Part shown: positions 18,661 to 28,557 of the stretch, one piece after another
Layout: every line of letters begins with the position of its first letter
Position numbering within the stretch: the stretch's first letter is position 1
Notes under the pieces: model-generated
Database searches by the model: none
Told to the model about the DNA's origin: nothing
What the model saw: the letters and a program-made list of their open reading frames with translations, nothing else
Translations under genes and position numbers: made by a program
Source of the DNA: an uncultured Cytophagales bacterium
GTDB taxonomy: Bacteria > Bacteroidota > Bacteroidia > Cytophagales > JAAEPT01
Direction of reading: 5' to 3'
Assembly: GCA_964511645.1 (NCBI GenBank)
Contig: CAZEGV010000004.1
Span: 1,263-65,262 of the forward strand
Length of the DNA: 64,000 nt

Positions 18661-19551
18661 ATGAAGACAATAAATAAAGAAGAAATCAGCTACTATTTTA
18701 AAACCTTGCAGGACAGTATCTGTAAGCAATTAGAAAATATAGAAACAAAAGCTACTTTTGAAGAAGATCTTTGGCAACGAGATGGTGGCGGTGGTGGTAG
18801 AACTAGAGTTATTCGTAATGGTAATGTATTTGCTAAAGGCGGAGTAAATTTCTCTTCCGTACATGGAAAAACACCGCAAGCAATACTTAAATCACTTAAA
18901 TTACCCCCTAATGATTTTTATGCCACAGGAGTATCTATTGTTATTCACCCACTTAACCCTCACGTTCCAATTATTCATATGAACGTCCGATATTTTGAAA
19001 TGTCTGATGGCACATTTTGGTTTGGGGGAGGCATAGATCTTACACCGATTTTTATTGATGAAAATGATTCGAAAATTTTTCATCAATCACTACAAAAGAT
19101 TTGTAATATTTATAAGGAGGGGGCTTACGCTAAATATAAAAAATGGGCAGATGATTATTTCTTTTTACCTAATAGAAATGAAACAAGAGGTATTGGTGGA
19201 ATATTTTTTGATAGAATCACTGGAGATAAAAAAGAAATTTTTGACTTTGTGAAAAATATAGGGGAATTATTTGCCCCGCTTTATTTATCTATTATTAAAC
19301 CCCATATCAACAAATCTTATAATTCTCAAGATATTAAATGGCAATCTTTACGTAGAAGTCGTTATGTAGAATTTAATTTATTATACGACAAAGGCACTAA
19401 ATTTGGATTAGACACTAATGGAAGAACAGAATCTATACTGATGAGTATGCCACCAGTAGCCGAATGGGAATACTGCTATAAAACAACGCCAAATAGTGCG
19501 GAAGAAAAAACACAATTATTATTAAAAAAAGAAATTGATTGGACTCTATAA
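18661..19551 (+). CDS. hemF: oxygen-dependent coproporphyrinogen III oxidase
   Basis: 296 aa. GGGGGRTRVIRNGNVFAKGGVNFS, IHPLNPHVPIIHMNVRYFE and RRSRYVEFNLLYDKGTKFGL are typical of HemF. Confidence 0.9.
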   Translation: MKTINKEEISYYFKTLQDSICKQLENIETKATFEEDLWQRDGGGGGRTRVIRNGNVFAKGGVNFSSVHGKTPQAILKSLKLPPNDFYATGVSIVIHPLNPHVPIIHMNVRYFEMSDGTFWFGGGIDLTPIFIDENDSKIFHQSLQKICNIYKEGAYAKYKKWADDYFFLPNRNETRGIGGIFFDRITGDKKEIFDFVKNIGELFAPLYLSIIKPHINKSYNSQDIKWQSLRRSRYVEFNLLYDKGTKFGLDTNGRTESILMSMPPVAEWEYCYKTTPNSAEEKTQLLLKKEIDWTL

Positions 19552-20105
19552 TTCAACAAATCGATCAAATAGATAAAGATTTCATCATTTATTTGATGAA
19601 ATCTCATCATGTTTATACAGATTTTGTTATGCATTGGCTGAGCGATAAAGTGATTTGGATTCCTCTTTATATGTTTATTATTTTTAAATTTTTCAAAGCC
19701 TACCCTCAGCCCCAAAATTACATCCATATTGTATTGTTAATACTTAGCGTAGTGGCTGCCAACAGTATTTCTAGTGATTTTGCCAAGCCATACTTTGAGC
19801 GATTAAGACCTTGCCATGATGAGGAAATATCTGCCTTACTAGACCTTAGCCATTGCGGAGGGAAGTATGGTTTTTTCTCTTCTCATGCTGCTAATGTATT
19901 TGCTTTAGCTACTTATGTGTTTTTAGCAATTCGTCCTTTAGGGAAATGGCTCATTCCTTGGGCTATATTGGTTTCTTTTAGTAGGATATACTTATGTGTA
20001 CATTATCCTTCAGATGTAACAATGGGTGCTGTCACAGGTGTTTTGCTAGGTGTTCTTTTCTACAAAATAAGTAGTATTATTTTTAATAAAATAAAGAACG
20101 GCTAG
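19539..20105 (+). CDS. PAP2-family phosphatase (undecaprenyl-diphosphatase-like)
   Basis: PAP2 motifs KPYFERLRP, SSHAAN and RIYLCVHYPSDV. TTG start overlaps the hemF 3' end. Confidence 0.8.
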   Translation: MDSIIQQIDQIDKDFIIYLMKSHHVYTDFVMHWLSDKVIWIPLYMFIIFKFFKAYPQPQNYIHIVLLILSVVAANSISSDFAKPYFERLRPCHDEEISALLDLSHCGGKYGFFSSHAANVFALATYVFLAIRPLGKWLIPWAILVSFSRIYLCVHYPSDVTMGAVTGVLLGVLFYKISSIIFNKIKNG

Positions 20106-20115
20106 AACTACCTTT

Positions 20116-20145
20116 TTCATTCAAAAAAATATTCTTTTGAATGAA
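20116..20145. terminator. bidirectional hairpin terminator between convergent PAP2 and ROK genes
   Basis: An 11-bp stem, ttcattcaaaa / ttttgaatgaa, flanked by T/A runs on both strands. Confidence 0.5.
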
Positions 20146-20169
20146 AATCAACAACTTTCTTTAAGAAAA

Positions 20170-21093
20170 CTAATTTACACCAATCAATGCAGCACCAAAC
20201 ACTCCTGCAGAGTCACCAAATTCATTTTTAACAACTGGTGTATACAAATCATTATGAAATACATATTTTTTTATATAATCCAAGCCTTCTGTATAAATCT
20301 CATCTACATTAGAAACTCCTCCCCCTAACACAATCACATCGGGATCTATATATTTAATTAAGTTAGAAACAGAAATTCCAAAATGATTAAAAAATTCATG
20401 CATAGTCGTTTTTGCTTGCTCACAACCATTTCTATAGTCCTCTACAATACTTGGTACACTTCGCTCTGTACCATGTGCCTTTTTATATTGAGTTTCTATC
20501 CCCGAACCTGAAATATAAGCCTCTACAATGCCTTTTGGACAATCTCCCCACTCAGCACCATTTTCATAATTAATAATAGAATGTCCCCATTCTCCAGTAT
20601 TTTCACTTAAACCTCTAATTACTTTTCCATTCACAACCAATCCACCTCCACAGCCAGTACCTATAATTACACCAAAGACCACTTCTTTCCCTTTCCCTGC
20701 ACCCATTATCGCTTCTGCCATAGCAAAACAATTGGCATCATTTTCAGCAGACAGATTATGATTCAATATTTCTTTAAGATCTTCTACAAACGGCATTCCA
20801 TTCATAAACTGAATATTACAATTTTTTAACAAACCTGTTCTTTTAGATATAGAACCAGGCATCCCAACACCTAATGTATGTGGTGTGTTATTTATTTTTT
20901 TTATCAAGTTAGAATATACAGTTTTAATTGTCCATAAGACTCCTTCATAACCTTTTTCTCTTCCATTAGGCGATCGCTCACGAAAAACCTCGTTATTATC
21001 CTTGTCAATAACAACTCCTTCTACTTTAGTTCCTCCTAAATCAATTCCTATTCTATACATATATTTTAATATCTTATCAGTTTGGGAATGCAA
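20170..21093 (-). CDS. ROK-family sugar kinase (glucokinase/N-acetylglucosamine kinase-like)
   Basis: 307 aa. The N-terminus GIDLGGTKVEG, plus VIIGTGCGGGLVVNG and a GEWGH motif, fit the ROK family. Confidence 0.8.
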   Translation of the reverse strand: MHSQTDKILKYMYRIGIDLGGTKVEGVVIDKDNNEVFRERSPNGREKGYEGVLWTIKTVYSNLIKKINNTPHTLGVGMPGSISKRTGLLKNCNIQFMNGMPFVEDLKEILNHNLSAENDANCFAMAEAIMGAGKGKEVVFGVIIGTGCGGGLVVNGKVIRGLSENTGEWGHSIINYENGAEWGDCPKGIVEAYISGSGIETQYKKAHGTERSVPSIVEDYRNGCEQAKTTMHEFFNHFGISVSNLIKYIDPDVIVLGGGVSNVDEIYTEGLDYIKKYVFHNDLYTPVVKNEFGDSAGVFGAALIGVN

Positions 21094-21110
21094 AATTGGT
21101 GAATTTTATT

Positions 21111-21118
21111 TATTTTTG
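21111..21118 (+). promoter_or_regulatory. Bacteroidota -7 promoter element TATTTTTG
   Basis: Match to TAnnTTTG, 40 nt upstream of the plsC TTG start. Confidence 0.35.
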
Positions 21119-21157
21119 AAAGTCTAAACAAGGTCTTCATTAAATTAATCGACAAAA

Positions 21158-21901
21158 TTGAAGAAATTTCTTACTAATATTTACACAATATGGGTTGTAA
21201 CTTGGTGTTTATCAGGATTTCTGCTCTGTTACCCTTTTTATTTTATATTCTTACAAAATAAAACAACTTACCCTTTAGCTCATTTTATGAATAAAGTTTG
21301 GGCAGTCTGGACTTATATAGCAAGCTTTATTTATTTCAAAGTAGAATATAAGGTACCAATTAATCACAAAGCCCAAACTTATGTTTACTGTGCCAATCAC
21401 ACTTCATATATGGATATCCCTACCTTATTTTTAGCAATCCCAGGTTATTTCAATATTCTAGGAAAAGCAGAACTAGGTAAAGTACCTTTATTTGGTTACA
21501 TGTATCGAAAATTATACATATCGGTAAACCGGCATAGTCCTGAAGCACGATACAAATCTTATATTGACGCTTTAGATTCTTTGGATCAAAACAGAAGTGT
21601 TGCTTTTTATCCCGAAGGAAAAATCCCTCATAATAATCAACACCCAAAAATGGGAGATTTTAAAGATGGACCATTTAAAGCGGCTATCGAAAAACAAATT
21701 CCTATTATTCCTATTACAATTCCTTACAATTGGATAATTTTACCCGATAAGAGTAAAAACACCCGTGTACATTGGCATAAATGCGGAATCATCTTTCATA
21801 AGCCTATAGAAACAAAAGGATTAACGTTGGATGATGTAACCAATCTTAAAAATCGCGTTTATCAAATAATGGATGACGAATTAACAAAATTGAATAAATG
21901 A
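21158..21901 (+). CDS. plsC: 1-acyl-sn-glycerol-3-phosphate acyltransferase
   Basis: HX4D motif (ANHTSYMDIP) and FYPEGK motif. An N-terminal TM helix is present. Confidence 0.8.
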   Translation: MKKFLTNIYTIWVVTWCLSGFLLCYPFYFIFLQNKTTYPLAHFMNKVWAVWTYIASFIYFKVEYKVPINHKAQTYVYCANHTSYMDIPTLFLAIPGYFNILGKAELGKVPLFGYMYRKLYISVNRHSPEARYKSYIDALDSLDQNRSVAFYPEGKIPHNNQHPKMGDFKDGPFKAAIEKQIPIIPITIPYNWIILPDKSKNTRVHWHKCGIIFHKPIETKGLTLDDVTNLKNRVYQIMDDELTKLNK

Positions 21902-22185
21902 AAATTGACAAAAAAATAGTAGAAGACATTGCTCACCTAGCTAGGTTAGAGCTATCTGAAAGTGAAAATGCTGAAATGATAAATGAGATGAGCGAAACGC
22001 TAGGTTGGATGGAAAAACTCAACGAAGTTGACACTAGCAATATAAAACCACTCATACATATGTCACAAGAAATAAATGTACTGAGGGAAGATACGCCAAA
22101 AGAAATGCTTTCACACGAAGCTGGACTCAAAAATGCTCCCAACAAAGATTCTAACTATTTTCGAGTACCTAAAGTAATTGATTAA
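21898..22185 (+). CDS. gatC: Asp/Glu-tRNA amidotransferase subunit C
   Basis: 95 aa. VEDIAHLARLELSESE..MLSHEAGLKNAP is typical of GatC. ATGA overlap with plsC. Confidence 0.9.
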   Translation: MKIDKKIVEDIAHLARLELSESENAEMINEMSETLGWMEKLNEVDTSNIKPLIHMSQEINVLREDTPKEMLSHEAGLKNAPNKDSNYFRVPKVID

Positions 22186-22187
22186 TT

Positions 22188-25100
22188 ATGAATTTTTGGA
22201 AACATTGGGCTAAAGAAGACAAAGTATTATATAGTCTTGGAATATTAACACTGCTTGCCACTATTATTTTACTATTGGTACAATATACCAATGGATTTGA
22301 ATCTTTAATTCAGCTCAAAGTACAAACCAACATTAGTAATATCACTACTATTGCCGATACTTTTAGTCAATATCTTATTGATTTTAACATAGAAGCCGAA
22401 AACTATATTGTTCACGAAACGTATCATGCAGGGGCTTTAAAACTGGCTAATACAAGCTCTATAATTTACTTAAGTCTATTGGTTTTTTCCAGTTTACTCT
22501 TTATTACAGCCATTACTCGAATCCAAAAAATACTACACTTTGCAGGATTAATGACTTTTTTTATCATCTGGATATATTTCCTCAAAATAGATATGCTCGG
22601 AGTATTTGGGTACTTCAATAAAACTTTCTTAATTGCAACACTCCTTGCTTATATTGGTACTGCTTTTTACTTCCATGCTTACGGCACACATATCTCTTTA
22701 TGGGTTCGTTTTGTTTCATTCTTTATTATTACCGCTATTTTAGGTATAATCATCGTACAATACGCTACAATCTCCGCGCCTTTTATCATGTTATCTCACT
22801 CAGTGGTCATCTACCCCACAATACTTATTATAGTGTTTTTAATACTTGTAGGAGCTGATATCCTTTCTTTTTTTAGCACAATAATTAATCAATCTAGCCA
22901 AGGCGACAAAGGAGGGTTCAACAACCTATACAAACTACTCGTTGTAGCAATCTTATACCTAGGTAATCTCATCGTTTATTACCTTAACTTTACTGGTCGA
23001 ATTGATTTTAAATTAATCTATTTTGATCCATTCATCTTAATTACAATTACTACTATTGTTGGTATTTGGGGACATAGAACCCGTAACAAATCTTTCTCTA
23101 CCACCGTCCCTTTTGACGGAATTGGTAGTTATATTTATTTATCACTTGCCATTTCATCCTTAGCATCTATTTACTTTTGTTTTGCCTCTGGAAACACTGC
23201 CATGGAACGGCTTTTTGAAGAAGCAATATTAATTACACATATCGCAACAGGTTTATTTTTCTTAATCTATTTATTAGTCAATTTCTCCAAACCCTTATTT
23301 AGAAACATTGACTTTAACCACTTGTCATATACCTTTGACGGCATTCCTTTTTTTACCAATAGAATTTCTGCCGTCATGCTCATTTTATACCTATACTCTT
23401 TTAACGGAAGCACATTCACTCATAAGTGGGCATTATTTGAAGCAGGAAAATCCTCTTACAAAGGAGTAGCTTATATGCTTAATGGAGAAGAAATGCTTGC
23501 TAAAGAAGAATTTAGCCAAGTAGCAGATTATAACGCAGGAAATCCCGTAGCTTCTTACATCATGTCTAACTACGCTTATCAAGACAGAAATTTTGATAAG
23601 TGTGAAGAATACCTTAGTCAAGTCATTGAAAAAAATCCTAGAGAATTTGCCTACATCCGCATTTCTAACCTTTACCATTACAAAGGAAACACAGAACTAG
23701 CTATAAAAACCTTAAACGAAGGATTAAAAAAATTCCCTAAAAGTAGCCATTTACATAATAATTTAGCCGTTAGGTACGAAGAAATAAATAAAATAGACTC
23801 TAGTGCTCTACACTATACGCTTGCCACAATTAGCGAACACAAAGGCTCCCCTATCGCTATAAGTAACATGCTTGCCTTGTGTATCACAAATAATTACTAC
23901 GATATAGTAGACACTTTACTCAAAAATGATTTCCCCAAAAGCATTGCTTATACCACAAACAAGATAGCAGCACTCAACTATTTTAATAAAAAAGGAAAAA
24001 GTAATATTAACCAAACATTTATTAGCGACAGCATATTAAGTCCTGTACAAATGTCATACCTACACAATTACAGCATTCGTAACCTCAATAACATCCCTAA
24101 TCAAATTTTAAAAAAAATAGATGAAATCAGTAAAAAAGAACAATTAAACACCACCAACACTGATTATCTAAAAGCCATAACTTATGCTTATAGCGGAGAC
24201 AGATGGGAGTCTCAATTTATATTTAATAGTCTATCACATAGCGACAACCCCGAAATCCAAAATTATTACAGCAGAACATTTGGATTAATTGCTTTACGCA
24301 ATAAAAATTATTCATTAGCACAACAAACCCTTCTTAAAAGTAAAAAAACACAAGTTTATTACGCCTTTGACGATGCACCCCTGGCCTATGCCATTGCTAG
24401 TTTTTCCAACGGTGACACTATTGCATTCAAATCTACGTTAGAACAAATAACCCAAACCGACAGCACACACAAAACCCTAGCAAAAGAACTACTAGCCACC
24501 ATAGATGCAAGTATATCAGACTACCTACTGATGAACGATATTCAAAAAGTATATTATCTATTATCACACCCTGACAGTGATATTTTCTTACTAAAAGGAA
24601 TCATCACACCAAACTACAAAAACTTTATTCTTAACAAATTAATCATTCAGTCACTCAAAAACAACAAGCCAAACCAAGCCAATAAATATTGGGACATAGT
24701 CCAAGACAAAAATAACCCAAGTATTATGCAAGCTCGATTAAGATTATTGTTGTACCAAAAAAAATACGGCACAGTAATATCGCTAAGTAAAAACACTAAT
24801 TATTTACTTGAACGTGCCTTAGCATTTCAGCAATCAGGCAAAATTTTAGAAGCCAAAACCATCTACGACAAAGGACTAAAAGAGCAACCACTCAATAATA
24901 AATTACTAATCTCAGCGTCCGATTTCTACGCCTATCAGCTCCATGACGACCTCACTTCTTATGATATTATATTAAAACCAGCCAGTGTAGACCAATATAA
25001 TATTGGCATCAAAAAAACGTATGTAAAACGTTGCTTAGAACAAAACTTACTTGAATTTGCAGACTCAATAATGGATGATCTTGAAAAAATGATGGGAGAA

Positions 25101-25199
25101 AAAGAATTTAACAACTTTGCATTACAAGTAAAACTAGATGTAGCAGACTATAACGCTACACTCAATCAACAATCAGAAGACGACTTCATTACCCAATAA
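22188..25199 (+). CDS. large polytopic membrane protein with a C-terminal TPR-like repeat region
   Basis: 1003 aa. The first ~400 aa are highly hydrophobic (many TM helices). The remainder is helical-repeat-like. It starts 2 nt after gatC and ends 2 nt before prfB. Confidence 0.7.
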   Translation: MNFWKHWAKEDKVLYSLGILTLLATIILLLVQYTNGFESLIQLKVQTNISNITTIADTFSQYLIDFNIEAENYIVHETYHAGALKLANTSSIIYLSLLVFSSLLFITAITRIQKILHFAGLMTFFIIWIYFLKIDMLGVFGYFNKTFLIATLLAYIGTAFYFHAYGTHISLWVRFVSFFIITAILGIIIVQYATISAPFIMLSHSVVIYPTILIIVFLILVGADILSFFSTIINQSSQGDKGGFNNLYKLLVVAILYLGNLIVYYLNFTGRIDFKLIYFDPFILITITTIVGIWGHRTRNKSFSTTVPFDGIGSYIYLSLAISSLASIYFCFASGNTAMERLFEEAILITHIATGLFFLIYLLVNFSKPLFRNIDFNHLSYTFDGIPFFTNRISAVMLILYLYSFNGSTFTHKWALFEAGKSSYKGVAYMLNGEEMLAKEEFSQVADYNAGNPVASYIMSNYAYQDRNFDKCEEYLSQVIEKNPREFAYIRISNLYHYKGNTELAIKTLNEGLKKFPKSSHLHNNLAVRYEEINKIDSSALHYTLATISEHKGSPIAISNMLALCITNNYYDIVDTLLKNDFPKSIAYTTNKIAALNYFNKKGKSNINQTFISDSILSPVQMSYLHNYSIRNLNNIPNQILKKIDEISKKEQLNTTNTDYLKAITYAYSGDRWESQFIFNSLSHSDNPEIQNYYSRTFGLIALRNKNYSLAQQTLLKSKKTQVYYAFDDAPLAYAIASFSNGDTIAFKSTLEQITQTDSTHKTLAKELLATIDASISDYLLMNDIQKVYYLLSHPDSDIFLLKGIITPNYKNFILNKLIIQSLKNNKPNQANKYWDIVQDKNNPSIMQARLRLLLYQKKYGTVISLSKNTNYLLERALAFQQSGKILEAKTIYDKGLKEQPLNNKLLISASDFYAYQLHDDLTSYDIILKPASVDQYNIGIKKTYVKRCLEQNLLEFADSIMDDLEKMMGEKEFNNFALQVKLDVADYNATLNQQSEDDFITQ

Positions 25200-25201
25200 T
25201 C

Positions 25202-26279
25202 ATGACAAAAGACCAACTAAAAAATCTCCAAAAAAGAGTAACCGCCTTAGGGCAATATCTTTGACTACGATCGCAAAAAAATAGACGTAGAAGAAGCAGA
25301 ACTCAAAACCACACAACCCGACTTTTGGAACAACTCCAAAAAAGCAGAAATAACCCTCAAAGAAATAAGAGGAATAAAAGTTTGGACAAACGGATACGAA
25401 GCCATACAAACAGCATTAGAAGACCTCGAAATACTTCACGAATTCCAAGAAATGGGAGAAATAGAAGCATTAGAAGTTGATAAAGCCTACCAAGACACCA
25501 TTACGCTTACCGAAGACCTAGAATTTAAAAGAATGCTAGGAGGAGAAGAAGACCAACTTAGTGCAATGCTTCAAATAAACCCAGGAGCAGGAGGAACAGA
25601 ATCTAACGACTGGGCATCAATCCTCATGAGAATGTACATCATGTGGGCAGAAAGTCAAGGATTCAAAGTACGGCAAGTCAACTACCAAGCAGGAGAAGTA
25701 GCAGGAATAAAATCTTGCACACTAGAAATAGACGGTGACTTTGCTTACGGTTATCTCAAATCCGAAAATGGTGTACATCGTTTAGTTCGTATCTCACCCT
25801 TCGACTCTGGCGGTCGTCGGCACACCTCATTTGCATCCGTATTTGTATACCCCGTTGTTGATAATACTATTAATATAGAAGTCAATCAAGCAGATGTAAA
25901 ATGGGATACTTTCCGATCTGGAGGAGCAGGAGGGCAAAACGTAAACAAAGTAGAAACAGCTGTAAGGTTACACTACAAAGACGATGAAATTGTAATAGAA
26001 TGCTCACAAGAACGGGCACAATTGCTTAATAAAGAGAAAGCACTCCAAATGCTTAAATCACAACTTTATCAAAAAGAAGTAGAAAAAAGAAATGCCAAAC
26101 GAGACGATGTAGAAGCCAACAAAAAAAATATAGAATTTGGCTCTCAGATTAGAAATTACGTCTTACACCCTTACAAGCTCGTCAAAGATGCCCGCACAGG
26201 GTATGAACGAAGCGATGCAAACAATGTATTAGATGGCGATATTAGCGACTTTATAAAATCATACTTAATGAGCCAATAA
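25202..26279 (+). CDS. prfB: peptide chain release factor 2, expressed through a programmed +1 frameshift (frame 0 is 25202-25261, then frame +1 is 25263-26279)
   Basis: Frame 0 reads MTKDQLKNLQKRVTALGQYL then TGA. After skipping T25262 the reading is DYDRKKIDVEEAELKTTQPDFWNN..., which joins the ORF-track fragment 25452-26279 in frame. The GGQ motif (SGGAGGQNVNK) and the RF2 SPF motif (RISPFDS) are present. Confidence 0.92.
25247..25265 (+). other. prfB +1 frameshift site with upstream SD-like GGG (TTA GGG CAA TAT CTT TGA C)
   Basis: The slippery CTT followed by an in-frame TGA C, with a G-rich element 6 nt upstream, matches the established RF2 autoregulatory site. Confidence 0.9.
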
Positions 26280-26290
26280 ATTAAAAATAA

Positions 26291-26385
26291 TTGGGGCATC
26301 CCCCTACGGGTCGGGCTTTCGCTACTCAATCTTTCCGATAAAAAAATCGGAAAAGATTTCAAACAGACCGCTCTATCCCTGATGC
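26291..26385 (+). repeat. dispersed intergenic repeat, copy C
   Basis: ggggcatcccc..ggtcgggctttcgctactcaatctttccgataaaaaaatcggaaaagatttc..atccctgatgc. It begins 11 nt after the prfB TAA. Confidence 0.8.
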
Positions 26386-26413
26386 GGTACAATGCACACA
26401 TAACAAACTAAAA

Positions 26414-27193
26414 ATGACAATATTACAAACAGCCGAACGAGTATCACACCAAGACCTATCCGATAACTTTGTTTACCAACGATCACTACTTGCCTACGTA
26501 GAAGCCGCCAAGCTAGTCAGCGGAAAAGTATTAGAGATAGGTACAGGAAGCGGATACGGGATAGACATTATCAGTCAAAACTGTGAAAAATTTGTAACTA
26601 TTGATAAATTTGTAAACGAACCACTACAAGCCCGTAAAGATTTACCAAAAAACATTGAGTTCAAACAAATCACAATCCCACCACTTACAGGTATAGAAAG
26701 CAATAGCTTTGATTTTGTTATTACATTTCAAGTAATTGAACATATACAAGATGACAACGCCTTTGTAAGCGAAATAAACCGTGTACTCAAAAAAGGAGGC
26801 AAGTTAATCGTGACCACACCCAACAAACCAATGTCCATAACCCGTAACCCTTGGCACATAAGAGAATACAGCATTGATGAATTACACACTATTTTGAAAA
26901 AAAAATTTACATCCGTAGAAAACAAAGGAGTAACAGGAAACCAAAAAATATTTGACTACTATAACAAAAACAAAGCCTCTGTACAAAAAATAACCCGTTT
27001 TGACATCTTTGATTTACAACATAAATTACCACGCCAAATCTTACAAATCCCTTACGACATCCTTAATCGAATAAACCGTAAAAAATTACTTAAAAATAAT
27101 TCAGGATTAGTTTCAGACATCAAAATGGAAGATTATAAAATCAAAGAAGTAGACAATACTTGCTTTGATTTATTTTATATCGCTACCAAATAA
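26414..27193 (+). CDS. class I SAM-dependent methyltransferase
   Basis: 259 aa. SAM-binding motif VLEIGTGSGYG and post-I/II motifs (FDFVITFQVIEH, LKKGGKLIVTTP). Confidence 0.75.
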   Translation: MTILQTAERVSHQDLSDNFVYQRSLLAYVEAAKLVSGKVLEIGTGSGYGIDIISQNCEKFVTIDKFVNEPLQARKDLPKNIEFKQITIPPLTGIESNSFDFVITFQVIEHIQDDNAFVSEINRVLKKGGKLIVTTPNKPMSITRNPWHIREYSIDELHTILKKKFTSVENKGVTGNQKIFDYYNKNKASVQKITRFDIFDLQHKLPRQILQIPYDILNRINRKKLLKNNSGLVSDIKMEDYKIKEVDNTCFDLFYIATK

Positions 27194-28557
27194 TGTCATT
27201 TCAAGACACTATCATCGCCCCTGCTACCGCACCTGGAATTGGTGCTATCGCTGTTATTCGTTTATCTGGCACAGAAGCTATAAACATTACCAAGCAAGTA
27301 TTCAGAGGGAAAGACTTAACACTTGTCAACTCTCATACCCTACATTTTGGTACAATTAGAGACGACGACAACAACATTCTTGACGAAGTGCTTGTCAGTG
27401 TATTCAAAGCACCGCACTCATTTACCAAAGAAAATATAATAGAGATTTCTACACACGGCTCTCCTTATATTGTCAAAAAAATCATACAATTACTAATCCA
27501 CAAAGGAGCAAGAACTGCCAAAGCAGGAGAATTTACCCAAAGAGCTTTTATCAACGGTCAGTTTGACCTTGCCCAAGCCGAAGCTGTAGCAGACCTCATC
27601 GCATCCGACTCAGAAATAGCACATCAAACAGCTATGAACCAAATGAGAGGAGGATTTTCTAAAAATATCAAACAACTTAGAGAGCAACTCATCCACTTTG
27701 CTTCAATGATTGAGCTAGAACTTGACTTTGGAGAAGAAGATGTAGAGTTTGCCGATAGAGAAGACCTCAAGCAACTCATCCACAAATTACTAAAGGTTAT
27801 CATCCCATTAGTGCAATCATTTGACCTTGGTAATGTCATAAAAGAAGGGATTCCCACCGTAATTGCAGGGAAGCCAAATGTAGGAAAATCCACGCTACTC
27901 AACGCCTTGCTTAATGAAGAAAAAGCCATCGTGTCAGATGTACCGGGTACTACCAGAGATTATATAGAAGATGAAATTGTAATAGAAGGTATCAAATTTA
28001 GGTTTGTAGATACCGCTGGTCTTCGTGACACTGATGATAAAGTAGAAGCCATTGGCGTAGCACGTAGTAAAGAGCAATTAAACAAAGCATCTCTTATTCT
28101 TTACCTTTTTGACGCTGAAGAGCTAGGGGATAATAACTCCTTGCAAAAGGAATTAGATGAGATTAAAACCTTAAAGATTCCGTATCTATTTATTGCTAAT
28201 AAGCTCGATACTATTAAAGAAAAAGAAATAACAAAATACACAGAAGATTTTGTGTTTATCTCGGCAAATATTGGTACTAATCTTAATAAATTAAAAGAGT
28301 TGATTCTTCAAAAAGTAGGAGCTAATAATTTTAAATCTGGAGATACAATTATTACTAACATCCGCCATTACGAAGGTTTATCACACACCCAGCAAAGCTT
28401 AGAGAAAGTACTTAAAGCCCTTAACAATAATATTACAGGCGATTTTCTTGCAATGGACATCCGCCAAGCCCTACATCACCTAGGTGAGCTTACAGGCACA
28501 ATCACAACAGATGACCTTCTGGATAATATCTTTAGTAAGTTTTGTATTGGAAAGTAG
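27193..28557 (+). CDS. mnmE: tRNA uridine-5-carboxymethylaminomethyl modification GTPase
   Basis: 454 aa. The N-terminus DTIIAPATAPGIGAIAVIRLSG, the G-domain GKPNVGKSTLLNAL..DTAGLR and the C-terminal CIGK are all present. TAATG overlap with the upstream methyltransferase. Confidence 0.95.
   Translation: MSFQDTIIAPATAPGIGAIAVIRLSGTEAINITKQVFRGKDLTLVNSHTLHFGTIRDDDNNILDEVLVSVFKAPHSFTKENIIEISTHGSPYIVKKIIQLLIHKGARTAKAGEFTQRAFINGQFDLAQAEAVADLIASDSEIAHQTAMNQMRGGFSKNIKQLREQLIHFASMIELELDFGEEDVEFADREDLKQLIHKLLKVIIPLVQSFDLGNVIKEGIPTVIAGKPNVGKSTLLNALLNEEKAIVSDVPGTTRDYIEDEIVIEGIKFRFVDTAGLRDTDDKVEAIGVARSKEQLNKASLILYLFDAEELGDNNSLQKELDEIKTLKIPYLFIANKLDTIKEKEITKYTEDFVFISANIGTNLNKLKELILQKVGANNFKSGDTIITNIRHYEGLSHTQQSLEKVLKALNNNITGDFLAMDIRQALHHLGELTGTITTDDLLDNIFSKFCIGK

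Noticed and set aside
25200-25409. 69-aa minus-strand ORF
   Set aside because: It lies antisense to the 5' portion of prfB, which is explained by the +1 frameshift.
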